Source of the DNA: an uncultured Spirochaetota bacterium
GTDB lineage: Bacteria; Spirochaetota; Spirochaetia; SZUA-6; CAVTHK01
NCBI GenBank assembly: GCA_963734495.1
Contig: CAVTHK010000009.1
Location: forward strand, 320,001 to 384,000
DNA length: 64,000 nt
Direction of reading: 5' to 3'
Part shown: positions 10,636 through 20,156 of the stretch, piece after piece
Layout of the letters: every line of letters starts with the position of its first letter
Position numbering within the stretch: position 1 is the first letter of the stretch
Translations under genes and position numbers: made by a program
The notes under the pieces: generated by a model
Seen by the model: the letters and a program-made list of their open reading frames with translations, nothing else
The model's database searches: none
What the model was told of the DNA's origin: nothing

Positions 10636-11688
10636 CTGGCTCACCTGGCGCGAACAGGCGTCGTCCGCGACCCCCTGTACCTCGAGCACAGGAACGCCGG
10701 GGCGCATCCGGAGAGCCCGCGGCGCCTCGAGGCGATCCACGCGCTCCTCGACTCGCCCGCCATGGCGGGGCGTTTCGCGCCGATCGCGGCGCGCGACGCA
10801 ACCGACGAGGAGATCCTCCGCGTGCACACCCGCGCGCACCTCGCCGCGATCGCCGACACGGCGAGCCGCGACATCACCTTTCTCGATACGGACACGCAGG
10901 CTTCCCGCCGTTCGTACGCGGCCGCGCGCCGGGCCGCGGGCGGCGCCTGCGCGGCCGTGGAGGCGGTGGTCCGGCGCGAGGTGGAGAACGCGTTCGCGCT
11001 GGTGCGGCCGCCGGGACATCACGCCGAGCCGGGCGCCGCCATGGGCTTCTGCCTCTTGAACAATGCGGCGATCGCGGCGCGCTTCGCCCGGGCCTCGCTC
11101 GGCATCGAGCGGGTGCTCATCGCGGACTGGGACGTGCATCACGGCAACGGCACTCAGGCCGCGTTCGAGGAGGACCCGTCGGTCCTGTACTTCAGCACGC
11201 ACCAGTGGCCCCTCTACCCCGGAAGCGGGGCGCTCGAGGAGGCCGGCACGGGAGAGGGCGAGGGAGCGACGATCAACGTCCCGCTTCCGGCGGGCACGGG
11301 CGACGCCGATCTGCTCGCCGTCTACCGCGAGGTCCTTGCGCCCGTTGCTCTCGAGCTCCGGCCGGGCCTGCTGATCGTCTCCGCGGGGTTCGACATCCTC
11401 GCCGCGGACCCGCTGGCGGGGATGCGGGCGACGGAAGCCGGGGCTGCCGCGCTCGCCCGCGTCGTGCTGGACATCGCCGCGACGGCGTGCGAGGGCCGGC
11501 TCGTGCTCGTGCTCGAAGGCGGCTACGACCTCGCGGCCCTCGCGGCCGGCGTCGGCGCCGTCCTCGACGAGATGGACGGCAGGACGCTCACGCGGCCGTC
11601 GGCCGGCGGCGAGAGCGCGGCGGTGCGCCGGCTCATCGAGCGCGCCCGCGGCCTCCACGGCCGCACGTGGAAGAGCCTGGCGACCTGA
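10636..11688 (+). CDS. Histone deacetylase family (class II-like) amidohydrolase
   Basis: HPESPRRL, RPPGHHA, GFC, DWDVHHGNGTQ, SAGFD, LEGGY. Start uncertain: CTG 10636 or 10645 after GGAGG, or TTG 10591. Confidence 0.93.
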   Translation: MAHLARTGVVRDPLYLEHRNAGAHPESPRRLEAIHALLDSPAMAGRFAPIAARDATDEEILRVHTRAHLAAIADTASRDITFLDTDTQASRRSYAAARRAAGGACAAVEAVVRREVENAFALVRPPGHHAEPGAAMGFCLLNNAAIAARFARASLGIERVLIADWDVHHGNGTQAAFEEDPSVLYFSTHQWPLYPGSGALEEAGTGEGEGATINVPLPAGTGDADLLAVYREVLAPVALELRPGLLIVSAGFDILAADPLAGMRATEAGAAALARVVLDIAATACEGRLVLVLEGGYDLAALAAGVGAVLDEMDGRTLTRPSAGGESAAVRRLIERARGLHGRTWKSLAT

Positions 11689-11725
11689 GCCGACGGCCGG
11701 CGCCGCCACGCTCGCGGCTCAGCGC

Positions 11726-12154
11726 TCAGCGCGCGATCAGCTCGACGTCGACGCCGGGATAGGCGTGAAAGGCCTTGTCGGCCGTGAAGAGTCGCGCGTC
11801 GTGGCGCAGGGCTGTGGCGGCGATCAGGGCATCGGGTACGCTGTTGCCGGCCGCCAGCGTTACCAGGCCCAGGTGCTTGAAGATCGCGTAAGTCTGCCGG
11901 TCCATCTCCGTGTATTGGGCTGCCGGATCGGTCTCGAGCGAATCGAGAAAGCGCCACGATTCGTGGATGTCCGACGGCTGGACGAACACGCGCGGATTCG
12001 TGACCAGCCTCAGGAACGAGGCGGCCAGGAACGGGCAAAACAGGAAGGGCTCGCGTCGCGCGAGCGAGTCCTCGAGCATCACGCGCGCCCTGGCATGCAG
12101 CGGGCTGTCGGGCCGGAACGCGTACACCCAGACGTTCACGTCCCAGAGGTTCAT
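11726..12154 (-). CDS. vapC: VapC-type PIN domain toxin
   Basis: DVNVWVYA, FLRLVTNPRVF, GNSVPDALIAA, TADKAF. ATGA overlap with the antitoxin stop. Confidence 0.9.
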   Translation of the reverse strand: MNLWDVNVWVYAFRPDSPLHARARVMLEDSLARREPFLFCPFLAASFLRLVTNPRVFVQPSDIHESWRFLDSLETDPAAQYTEMDRQTYAIFKHLGLVTLAAGNSVPDALIAATALRHDARLFTADKAFHAYPGVDVELIAR

Positions 12155-12381
12155 CGGTGAGACTGCTCGCCGCGCTCGGTCGAGGCGAGCCTCTCCCACG
12201 TGACGCCGGGTCTCAGACCTCCGGCTGCCGTCGAAACGGGAAGAGCTCGCCGCGATCGGGTCCGCTCGAGGCGGCAGCTCAGGCCCTCGACGATCAGCTT
12301 CGTGAGCGTGGTCCCTTCTTCGACCGCGCGCCGCTTGGCTGCGCGGACAACGTCGTCCGGGAGATTGAGCGTCGTTCTCAT
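12151..12381 (-). CDS. vapB: VapB-type ribbon-helix-helix antitoxin
   Basis: MRTTLNLPDDVVRAAKRRAVEEGTTLTKLIVEGL, directly upstream of the PIN toxin. Confidence 0.88.
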   Translation of the reverse strand: MRTTLNLPDDVVRAAKRRAVEEGTTLTKLIVEGLSCRLERTRSRRALPVSTAAGGLRPGVTWERLASTERGEQSHR

Positions 12382-12416
12382 GCAGATAGCATATCGTCTA
12401 TGCAGATATCTGTCCA
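12380..12416 (-). promoter_or_regulatory. vapBC promoter with probable autorepression operator
   Basis: -10 TATGCT 6 nt before the ATG. ATGCAGATA repeated at 12380 and 12400. Palindrome CAGATATCTG at 12403-12412. Confidence 0.6.
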
Positions 12417-12552
12417 AGTCCTCGTGGCCGACCGGGAGCGCTCTCGGCGACAACGACTCGGGCGGGAGCTCGCCGCCTGGCTCGTGCGGGCTCGCCGCAC
12501 CATGGCCGGGGAGGCTATAATGCCTGACGATACCGATTTGCGCGGAGGCACC

Positions 12553-13101
12553 ATGGAACGACCTGGGCCGGGGCAGGGGAGGGGGCAGGGCGGACGGCAG
12601 GAGATCGAGGGGTTCGAGCGCTTCTTCAACGTCTTCGGGTGGCTGGGCTTTCTGGCGATTCTGCCGGTCGCGCTGGGGGTGTTCGGCTATCCTCAGCTGC
12701 AGGACCTGCTCGCGAAGAGCCTCGGCAAGTACGGCACCAAGGGCTTCTTCCTGCTCGTCTTCTTCGTGCTCGTGTTCGTGCGCGTCGTCTTCGGCAGCGG
12801 GAGGATCATCGCCCCGCTTCTGATGGCGTCGGCCGTCGGCTTCCTCTTTATCTCCACCGCGGCGGGCGTGCCTTTCATGGCCTGGCTGCGAGAGCCCGCG
12901 GCCGCGTCGCCCTTCTTCTCCAACATGCCCCTGAACTTCCTGGTGGGGCTCGGCGTGGTCCTGCTCGGCATCCTCATGAGCTCCGCGCGCCGCATCCCGA
13001 TGGCGGTGCAGATCCTCGTGCTCGTGGTCCTGCCGATCGCGATCGTCATCGCGGCGGGCTCGACGGGCTTCGCCTCGGGCCTGCGGAAGATCGGCGGCTG
13101 A
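12553..13101 (+). CDS. Hypothetical integral membrane protein
   Basis: SD GGAGG and about five hydrophobic segments. Confidence 0.7.
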   Translation: MERPGPGQGRGQGGRQEIEGFERFFNVFGWLGFLAILPVALGVFGYPQLQDLLAKSLGKYGTKGFFLLVFFVLVFVRVVFGSGRIIAPLLMASAVGFLFISTAAGVPFMAWLREPAAASPFFSNMPLNFLVGLGVVLLGILMSSARRIPMAVQILVLVVLPIAIVIAAGSTGFASGLRKIGG

Positions 13102-13235
13102 AGCGGGCCCAGGCGGGCCGATGCGGGCGCGCTCCTGGCGAGGGAGGTGCGCACCGCAGTACCAGAACTGGACACAAACGTAACAGAAGTCGGCCGTCGG
13201 GATGCCTTAATCTACCGGCCATAACGGAGGGTGCG

Positions 13236-13874
13236 ATGGCGATACTCGAACAGATTGCGGAGCAGCTCATCAAGGGCAAGAGGGATGACGTCAAGACGCT
13301 GGTCAACCAGGCCCTGGCGCAGAAGATCAGCGCGGCGGACATCCTCAACAAGGGGCTGATCGCCGGGATGGGCGTCGTGGGCGAGCGCTTCAAGAACAAC
13401 GAGGTCTACGTGCCCGAGGTGCTCATCGCGGCCCGCGCGATGAAGGCCGGCAGCGAGATCCTCAAGCCGCTGCTCGCGGCGAGCGGCGTGCAGCCGCGCG
13501 GCAAGGTCGTGATCGGCACGGTCAAGGGCGACCTGCACGACATCGGCAAGAACCTCGTCGCGATGATGATGGAAGGCGCCGGCTTCCAGGTGATCGACCA
13601 GGGGGTCGACGTCAGCGTCGAGAAGTTCATCAACGCCGCGAGGGACAACAAGGCCGAGATCATCGCGGCGAGCGCCCTGCTCACCACGACGATGACCGGG
13701 ATGAAGGACCTCGTCGAGGCCGTGCGCGCCTCCGACATCGGCGACGCGGTCAAGGTGCTGGTCGGCGGCGCCCCGGTGACGCAGGCCTACTGCGACGAGA
13801 TCGGGGCCGACGGGTACGCGCCCGACGCGGCCTCGGCTGCGGACCTCGCCAAGAACTTCGTAGCGGCCCGGTAG
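13236..13874 (+). CDS. mtaC: Corrinoid (B12-binding) protein, MtaC-like
   Basis: Four-helix cap followed by DLHDIGKNLV (DxHxxG), SALLTTT, VGGAP. Adjacent to mtaB. Confidence 0.9.
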   Translation: MAILEQIAEQLIKGKRDDVKTLVNQALAQKISAADILNKGLIAGMGVVGERFKNNEVYVPEVLIAARAMKAGSEILKPLLAASGVQPRGKVVIGTVKGDLHDIGKNLVAMMMEGAGFQVIDQGVDVSVEKFINAARDNKAEIIAASALLTTTMTGMKDLVEAVRASDIGDAVKVLVGGAPVTQAYCDEIGADGYAPDAASAADLAKNFVAAR

Positions 13875-13967
13875 GCCGGGCGCGCCCGCGCGGCGGGCCC
13901 GCGGGCCTGCCCCGGCGCGCTATTGTATCCCTATTGATGAGCAGAACCATCAAAAAAGAAGGCACCC

Positions 13968-15335
13968 ATGGGCGAAATTGCATATACCGACGCTCGTGAT
14001 CTGCGCTTCGGCCTGGCCCGCAGGCCCGTCACCCTCCCGAACGGCCTCGCGATCGGCGCGGGCGCGGTGATCCCCGAGATCAACTTCACGCTGCCCGCCG
14101 TCGCGCTCAATGCGACGACCGTGGCCTCGGCCTTCGAGCAGTACGAGCAGATCATCGACGGCGTCTGCGAGCGCGCCGTCGCCCTCGAGCAGCCCGACCT
14201 CGTGGCGGAGCTCGAGCTGCTTCCGCCCATGACCTACGAGCCGGCGTGGGGCGCCGAAGCGGCCCGCCGCGTGCGCGAGGCCCTGCGCCGGTGGGAGAGC
14301 CGCGCCGGGCTGCGCACGGCGCTGCGCATCACGCCCGTCGACATCCGCGAAGACCCGAGCTCCCCGCACATGTGGAAGGGGGAGCACTGGGAGAAGGTGC
14401 TCGAGACCTTCGAGCTTTGCGCCCGCGCCGGCGCGGAGCTGCTCTCGATCGAGAGCATCGGCGGCAAGGACGTGCACGACGCGGCCGTGCTCGAGTGCGA
14501 CCTGCGCAAGTCGCTGTTCGCCCTCGGCGTGCTCGGGATCCGCGACATGGACCGGCTGTGGCGCGCGATCGCGGGCGTGGCTTCGGCCACGGGCAGCCTG
14601 CCGGCGGCGGACACGGCGTGCGGCTTTGCCAACACGGCGATGGTGCTCGCGGACCGCAGGTACATCCCGCGGGTCTTCGCCGCCGTCGTGCGCGTGATTT
14701 CGGCGGTGCGCAGCCTCCAGGCGTTCGAGCGCGGCGCCGTCGGCCCTCACAAGGACTGCGGATACGAGGGAGTCTACGTGAAGGCGCTCACCGGCTGCCC
14801 CATCGCGATGGAGGGCAGGAGCAGCGCGTGCGCCCACCTCTCCCACGTCGGCAACGTGGCAGCCGCCATGGCCGACCTGTGGAGCAACGAGAGCGTGCAG
14901 AACGTCAAGCTCCTCGGCGGCATGGCGCCGACGATCTCGCTCGAGCAGCTCGTCTACGACTGCCGCCTCATGAACGCGGCTTCTCGCCGCGGCGACGGCG
15001 AGGCGCTGCTGCTGCGCGACCTCCTCGTGGAAAGCGACGCGGCGCTCGACCCGCAGGCGTATGTGCTCGCCCCCGACGTGGTGCTGCCGATCGCGACTCG
15101 GATCGCGGCCGAGGCCACGCCGTTCGCCCGCGCGCTGGCCGCGGGCCGCGCCGCAGTCGCTGCGCTCCGCGAGGGCGTGGCCGCGGGCCGCCTCCGCATC
15201 GGCGAGCGCGAAGCGGTGTGGCTCGACACCATGGACGAGCAGCTTGCCTCGGTCGGCGAGGAGGGCGCGTTCACGGACGCGATGGTCGAGGAGTGCCGCG
15301 GCGGCAAGTTCGACCCTCGCAAGTACGACCTGTAG
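13968..15335 (+). CDS. mtaB: Methanol:corrinoid methyltransferase MtaB family
   Basis: PEINF, SIESIGGK, DTACGFANTAM, GPHKDCGYEG, MEGRSSACAH, DLWSNESVQNVKLLGG. Confidence 0.9.
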   Translation: MGEIAYTDARDLRFGLARRPVTLPNGLAIGAGAVIPEINFTLPAVALNATTVASAFEQYEQIIDGVCERAVALEQPDLVAELELLPPMTYEPAWGAEAARRVREALRRWESRAGLRTALRITPVDIREDPSSPHMWKGEHWEKVLETFELCARAGAELLSIESIGGKDVHDAAVLECDLRKSLFALGVLGIRDMDRLWRAIAGVASATGSLPAADTACGFANTAMVLADRRYIPRVFAAVVRVISAVRSLQAFERGAVGPHKDCGYEGVYVKALTGCPIAMEGRSSACAHLSHVGNVAAAMADLWSNESVQNVKLLGGMAPTISLEQLVYDCRLMNAASRRGDGEALLLRDLLVESDAALDPQAYVLAPDVVLPIATRIAAEATPFARALAAGRAAVAALREGVAAGRLRIGEREAVWLDTMDEQLASVGEEGAFTDAMVEECRGGKFDPRKYDL

Positions 15336-15337
15336 CT

Positions 15338-15970
15338 CTACTCCCCCTGTGCGACCCATCGCAGGGCGTTGATGATCAGCGCCTGGTACGACGGGTGCAG
15401 CCAGACGTCGACGTTGTGGCCCGCCGTGAGCACGCACACCCGGCCGCGGCCTTCGGTGCGCCTCCAACCGCCAGGCTGCTCGCCGTGGGACGAGCTCGTG
15501 GTGACGAACACGTCCGTCGTGCCTTGACTCATCGCCATGTGATAGTGCTCGTCCCTGAGGGTAAAGGGGACCGCGCCCTTCGTAAGGGGATGTCCCGGCA
15601 GGGGCGCGACCGACACGGGGCACTGCGGCGGATGGTGGACGAACACGCCGCCGAGGAGGGCGCGCAGGGCCGGAGTCTCCAGGTAGTCGGCCGTGCCCGA
15701 GTGCAGCGCCAGCAGCCCGCCGCCCTGCCTGACGTAGTCGACGAATGCCTCTTCGACCTGCGGAGTCATCCAGGCGTCGCGATTCCTCGAGGAGACGTTG
15801 TTCGACTTGGCCAGGACGACCACCGGGAAGAGGCTCATCAGGCGGGACGACCAGGCCCCGGCGTCCTCGACCCACACGAAGTGAAAACCCCGGGCCGCGA
15901 GGTCCTGCAGTCCGCAGCGCGCCACCCCGGCGGGGTGATAGTAATCGTCGCACAGCACCAGAAGGTTCAC
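15338..15970 (-). CDS. ThuA-like (class I GATase fold) protein
   Basis: DDYYHP, GGGLLALHSG, GGVFVHHP, DEHY, GRGRV...GH. Confidence 0.85.
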   Translation of the reverse strand: MNLLVLCDDYYHPAGVARCGLQDLAARGFHFVWVEDAGAWSSRLMSLFPVVVLAKSNNVSSRNRDAWMTPQVEEAFVDYVRQGGGLLALHSGTADYLETPALRALLGGVFVHHPPQCPVSVAPLPGHPLTKGAVPFTLRDEHYHMAMSQGTTDVFVTTSSSHGEQPGGWRRTEGRGRVCVLTAGHNVDVWLHPSYQALIINALRWVAQGE

Positions 15971-16062
15971 CGCTGCCTCCCGGGGGTTCTATGCCACAAA
16001 ACTCGAGGCAGCGCCAGCGGCGAGGCGCTGACACGCCGCCGCTCGCTCGCTATAACAGGGGC

Positions 16063-16962
16063 ATGCAGAGAACGGGACTGATCGGGGCCGGCCTCATGGG
16101 GAGCGGCATCGCGAAGAACCTGCTCGCGGCGGGCTATCCGCTGGTGGTGCACAAACGGGCCCCCGCGGCGCTCGACGCGAAGTCGGGCGCGCTGCGCGAC
16201 TCGGGCGCGCGCATCACGGGTGACCTGGCAGACGTGTTCCGCTCGTGCGAGCTGTTGCTGCTGTGCCTGCCCAGCTCGATCGAAGTCGAGGAGGTGATCC
16301 TCGGGCCCTCGGGCCTCGCCGCGTCGCGCGGCAGCGCCGTCAAGCAGGTCGTGGACTTCTCCACGGCGCGTCCGGCGTCGACGCGCGCGATCCGCGAGAA
16401 GCTCGCGTCGGCGGGCATCGGGTTTCTCGACGCGCCGATGACCGGAGGCCCCGCGCAGGCCGATCAGGGCGCCCTGAACCTCGCGGTCGGCTGCCGCGCG
16501 GAGGAGGCCCGCGATCTCGCGCCGCTCTTCGCGAAGATCGCGAAGAACGTGGTCTACGCGGGCGCGCCGGGCGCCGGCAACGTGGCCAAGCTGCTCAACA
16601 ACTTCCTCTCGATCCTGGACCGCAGCGCCGCCTCCTGCGCGTCCCTGCTCGCGCAGGACAACGGGATGGACCTGGCCACGGTCAAGGAGTTCATCTCGGT
16701 GAGCGGCGGCTACAGCCGCGGCTTCCAGACGGAGATCGAGTCGATCATCGCCGACCGCTTCCCCCTCGGCTTCGCCCTCGAGCTCGCGCTCAAGGACCTG
16801 CGCTACGCCTCGGAGCTCGCGGCGGCCGGCGGCCGCACGTTCGCCCTGCTCGCCGATCTGCAGGCCTTGTTCGCGGCCGCGACGCAGGCCGGCTACGGCA
16901 AGAGGGACGTGAACGCGGTCTACCAGTACCTCGCGGCCGCGAGCCGCAAGGCTCCCGTGTGA
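16063..16962 (+). CDS. 3-hydroxyisobutyrate/2-hydroxy-3-oxopropionate dehydrogenase family oxidoreductase
   Basis: GLIGAGLMG, FLDAPMTGG, KLLNN, KDL. Confidence 0.88.
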   Translation: MQRTGLIGAGLMGSGIAKNLLAAGYPLVVHKRAPAALDAKSGALRDSGARITGDLADVFRSCELLLLCLPSSIEVEEVILGPSGLAASRGSAVKQVVDFSTARPASTRAIREKLASAGIGFLDAPMTGGPAQADQGALNLAVGCRAEEARDLAPLFAKIAKNVVYAGAPGAGNVAKLLNNFLSILDRSAASCASLLAQDNGMDLATVKEFISVSGGYSRGFQTEIESIIADRFPLGFALELALKDLRYASELAAAGGRTFALLADLQALFAAATQAGYGKRDVNAVYQYLAAASRKAPV

Positions 16963-17552
16963 GGACCGTCGACTGGCGCTTCGACGCGCGGGGCCGCATC
17001 GGCGGCCACGCGCCGGAGCGCGCCGGCGATCCGCGGGTGGTCGAGAGCGAGCACGGGCCCGCGATGCTGTTCGACGGCGTCGATGACGCCCTGTTCCTGC
17101 CCGCGAGCCCGCTCGCGGGGCTGGCCGAGTACACCGTGGAGGTGCTCTTCAGGCCCGATGCCGGCGGCGGAGAGGAGCAGCGCCTCTTCCACGCCGGCAC
17201 GGTCGACGGCGACCGGCTGCTGTTCGAGACGCGGCCGGCCGGCGCGGGCGGCTGGTGCCTGGACGCGTTTCTGCAGTCGGGAGCCGCCTCCGCCGCGCTG
17301 CTGGACCGCACGCGGGCGCATCCCGTCGGCCGCTGGCACTACGCCGCCGCGGTGGCCGGCCCCGGCCGCTTTGCCGCGTACGTCGACGGCGAGCCCGAGC
17401 TTTCCCGCGGTCTACCCGTCGGGCCCGCGCCGGCCGGCCGGGTCTCCCTCGGCTGCAGGCAGAATCGCGTGTCGTGGTTCCGCGGCGCCATCGCCCGCGT
17501 GCGCATCACTCCGGCCGCTCTCGGCCGCGCCGATCTGCTGCGCCTGCCCTGA
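16959..17552 (+). CDS. LamG/concanavalin A-like domain protein
   Basis: GTGA overlap with the upstream stop. FDGVDD, WHYAAAV, YVDG, FRGAIARVRI. Confidence 0.75.
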   Translation: MRTVDWRFDARGRIGGHAPERAGDPRVVESEHGPAMLFDGVDDALFLPASPLAGLAEYTVEVLFRPDAGGGEEQRLFHAGTVDGDRLLFETRPAGAGGWCLDAFLQSGAASAALLDRTRAHPVGRWHYAAAVAGPGRFAAYVDGEPELSRGLPVGPAPAGRVSLGCRQNRVSWFRGAIARVRITPAALGRADLLRLP

Positions 17553-17597
17553 CGGGTCAGAGCGCGTCCGGCGGGGTGGGTACCTTCAACCTTATCT

Positions 17598-17651
17598 GAC
17601 CCAAGATGTCCTAATATGTCCTTGACACTCGGGTGTCCTTGGGTCTGAATT
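17598..17651 (+). promoter_or_regulatory. Probable promoter with TGTCCT direct repeats upstream of the PTS/V-ATPase operon
   Basis: TTGACA at 17622-17627. TGTCCT at 17607, 17617 and 17634. Flanking inverted repeat GACCCAAG/CTTGGGTC. Confidence 0.45.
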
Positions 17652-17759
17652 ACTCTTGTCGTCCTGCTTTCATTGACAAAGCAGCACATGGTGCAAAGGA
17701 TGGCCCCCCTTTCGGGGGGCTTGGGGCTTGGCGCGGATGCCAAGCCTTAGGGGGATGAC

Positions 17760-18347
17760 ATGAGACTCGTCAGGTTGCTCGGGTTGCTCTTCATGGCGAT
17801 CGCGCTGACTCGCTGCGCGAAAGTCCCCCAGGCCGCGGTCGACGAGGCCAAGGCGGCCCTCGATCAGGCCGTCAAGGCGGAGGCGCCGATCTACGCCGCC
17901 GATGCCTTTGCCAGGGCCGACACGCTGGTCACGAGCATGGAGGCTGAGATGGCGGCGCAGGCCGCGAAATCGGCCTTGTCGCGCTCGTACAGGAGCGTCG
18001 CGGCTCTGGCCGCGCAGGCGGCGGAAGCCGCGAAGCAGGCTTCGGCCGCGGCCGCCGCCGGCAAGGAGCAGGTGAGCGCCGACGTCGCGAGGATGCTCCC
18101 CGAGGTCGAGAAGGCGCTGAACGACGCCGAGTCGATGATCCGGCAGGCCGCCGCGGCCCCGGGTACGAGGCTCGACGTGGCCCAGCTCCGGGCCGAGGTC
18201 GAGGCCGGCAGAAAGGCCCTCGAGGACGCGCGCGCGGCTGCTTCCGGCGCGAAGCCCATGGATGCGAGAAACACGCTGCAGGCGATCTCCGAGATGATCG
18301 CCGCCGCGGGCAGGACCGTCGTTGCGGCGATGAGGGCCCCGCAATAG
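17760..18347 (+). CDS. Alanine-rich coiled-coil lipoprotein (DUF4398-like)
   Basis: Signal peptide ending LTRC, then AKAALDQAVKAEAPIYA. Confidence 0.7.
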   Translation: MRLVRLLGLLFMAIALTRCAKVPQAAVDEAKAALDQAVKAEAPIYAADAFARADTLVTSMEAEMAAQAAKSALSRSYRSVAALAAQAAEAAKQASAAAAAGKEQVSADVARMLPEVEKALNDAESMIRQAAAAPGTRLDVAQLRAEVEAGRKALEDARAAASGAKPMDARNTLQAISEMIAAAGRTVVAAMRAPQ

Positions 18348-18373
18348 GGGCTCGCGCCGCGCGGGGAGCGGTG

Positions 18374-19039
18374 ATGGACCTGAGAGTAACGGACCTGCTG
18401 GACATGCTGAACGTCTCGCGCAAGACGCTCTATCGGTGGATCCGGGCCAGCAAGATCCCCGCCTACCGCCTCAGCGGACAGTACCGGTTCCGCCGCGAAG
18501 AGATCGACCGCTGGATGGGCCGCTCGCGCGTGGCCGCTCCGGACGGCGCGCCCCCGGCGGAGAGCGGCCACGCCGTCCCCATCGCCGAGCTCCTGGCGCG
18601 CGGAGGGATCCATTACCGGCTCGAGGGCCGCTCGATGCCCGAGGCGATCGAGCGCGCCCTCGCGGTGACCACGCTGCCCGCGGGGATCGCCCCCGCGGCG
18701 CTTCTCGAGGCGGTCGTCGAGCGGGAGCGGTTGATGAGCACGGGCGTCGGGCAGGGGATCGCGATCCCGCATCCGAGGCACCCGATGCTCTCGAAGCCGG
18801 AAGAGGAGCGGGTCTCGCTGTGCTTCCTGGAGAACGCCGTCGATTTCGGGGCGCCGGACGGCGTGCCGGTGTCCGCGCTGTTCGTGGTGCTCGGGTACAG
18901 CCTCAAGGGCCAGCTCCGCCTGCTGTCGCTGGTGACGAGCCTCTGCCGGCAGGACGACTTTCTGCGACTGGTGGCGCGGCAGGCTTCGCGCACCGACATC
19001 CTCGACTACATCGGCTCGCGCGACGGAAGGCTGCGATGA
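18374..19039 (+). CDS. Excisionase-like HTH fused to PTS EIIA (Ntr/fructose type)
   Basis: LNVSRKTLYRWIRASKIPAYRLSGQYRF followed by ERERLMSTGVGQGIAIPH (phospho-His motif). Confidence 0.9.
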   Translation: MDLRVTDLLDMLNVSRKTLYRWIRASKIPAYRLSGQYRFRREEIDRWMGRSRVAAPDGAPPAESGHAVPIAELLARGGIHYRLEGRSMPEAIERALAVTTLPAGIAPAALLEAVVERERLMSTGVGQGIAIPHPRHPMLSKPEEERVSLCFLENAVDFGAPDGVPVSALFVVLGYSLKGQLRLLSLVTSLCRQDDFLRLVARQASRTDILDYIGSRDGRLR

Positions 19040-19776
19040 GCGTCGCGCGACCCCCCGTGCGCCTGCGGCGCGCCGCGGCGCTCGCCCTGCCCCCGCCGGG
19101 CGCTCTCCTGGCCCGCGCCCTGCTGGCGGGCGTCCTCGGCTTCCTGCTCGTGCAGCCGGCGTTCGCGCTGCTCGTGGCCGGGGCTTCGGTCGCGCTCCGG
19201 GTGGCGGACCCGCCCGTGACCGCGCTGATGCTCTACCGCGCGGCAACCACCGAAGCCCCCGTCAGGCCGATCTCTTTTGTCCGGCTCCGCGGGCTCCCCT
19301 GGCGGGCAGGGGCCATGTTCGTCGCGGTCGAGGACTACACCTTCTACCGGCACCACGGCGTCGACCTGCAGGCGATCCGCGACGCGCAGCGCATCAACAG
19401 GCAGCTCGGCCGCATCTATCACGGCGGCAGCACCATCACCATGCAGGTCGCGCGCACCCTGTTCCTCACGCCCAACCGTACCTATGTGCGCAAATACTTC
19501 GAGGTGATCGCCGCCCTCACGATGGAGACGGTCCTGAGCAAGGAGCGGATCCTCGAGCTCTACGTGAACACGATCGAATTCGGCAGGGGGGTTTACGGAA
19601 TCAGGGCCGCGGCCCTGGCGCATTACGGAAAGACGGACCCCGCGAGGCTCACGACCGACCAGTTCCGCAGGCTGGTCACGATCGTCGCAAGTCCGCTATT
19701 CTACGACGTCGCCACCTTCGCCCGGAAGCGCGCCCTGGCGGAGCGGTACGAGTTCCTCGTGAGCGTGTTCCCTTAA
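19036..19776 (+). CDS. mtgA: Monofunctional peptidoglycan transglycosylase
   Basis: AVEDYTFYRHHGVD, GGSTITMQVAR, RKYFE, KERILELYVN. Confidence 0.88.
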   Translation: MSVARPPVRLRRAAALALPPPGALLARALLAGVLGFLLVQPAFALLVAGASVALRVADPPVTALMLYRAATTEAPVRPISFVRLRGLPWRAGAMFVAVEDYTFYRHHGVDLQAIRDAQRINRQLGRIYHGGSTITMQVARTLFLTPNRTYVRKYFEVIAALTMETVLSKERILELYVNTIEFGRGVYGIRAAALAHYGKTDPARLTTDQFRRLVTIVASPLFYDVATFARKRALAERYEFLVSVFP

Positions 19777-19789
19777 AGGGGGTGAGGGA

Positions 19790-20155
19790 ATGAAGGAGGC
19801 CATCGACGAAGTCCTCGCGGCCGAGAAGGAAGCGGCAGCCCTGCTCGAGCAGGCCCGGCGCCGCGCTGACGAGGTCCGCCACGCGGCCGAAGCCGCGGCT
19901 GCGGACGAGGCCAAGGCCGCGCGCGACCGGTCCGCGGAGCGGGTGCGCGCGGCGCTGGAGCGGGCGGAGCAGCAGGCCGCGGAGAGCTTCCGCGCCGCGG
20001 TAGCGGCCGCGGAAGCCGAGGGCGAAGCCGCGCTCGCTTCCAACCGCACGGGGATGGACGCGCTCGTGGAGCAGCTGGTGCAGCTCATCGCGGCGCCGCG
20101 CCACGTGGACGGGCCGCGCGCGCCGCAGGCCCCCGGGTCCTCCCGGAAGGCGTAG
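19790..20155 (+). CDS. V/A-type ATPase subunit G/H (peripheral stalk)
   Basis: Short Ala/Glu-rich coiled coil at the head of the ATPase genes. Confidence 0.7.
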   Translation: MKEAIDEVLAAEKEAAALLEQARRRADEVRHAAEAAAADEAKAARDRSAERVRAALERAEQQAAESFRAAVAAAEAEGEAALASNRTGMDALVEQLVQLIAAPRHVDGPRAPQAPGSSRKA

Positions 20156-20156
20156 G

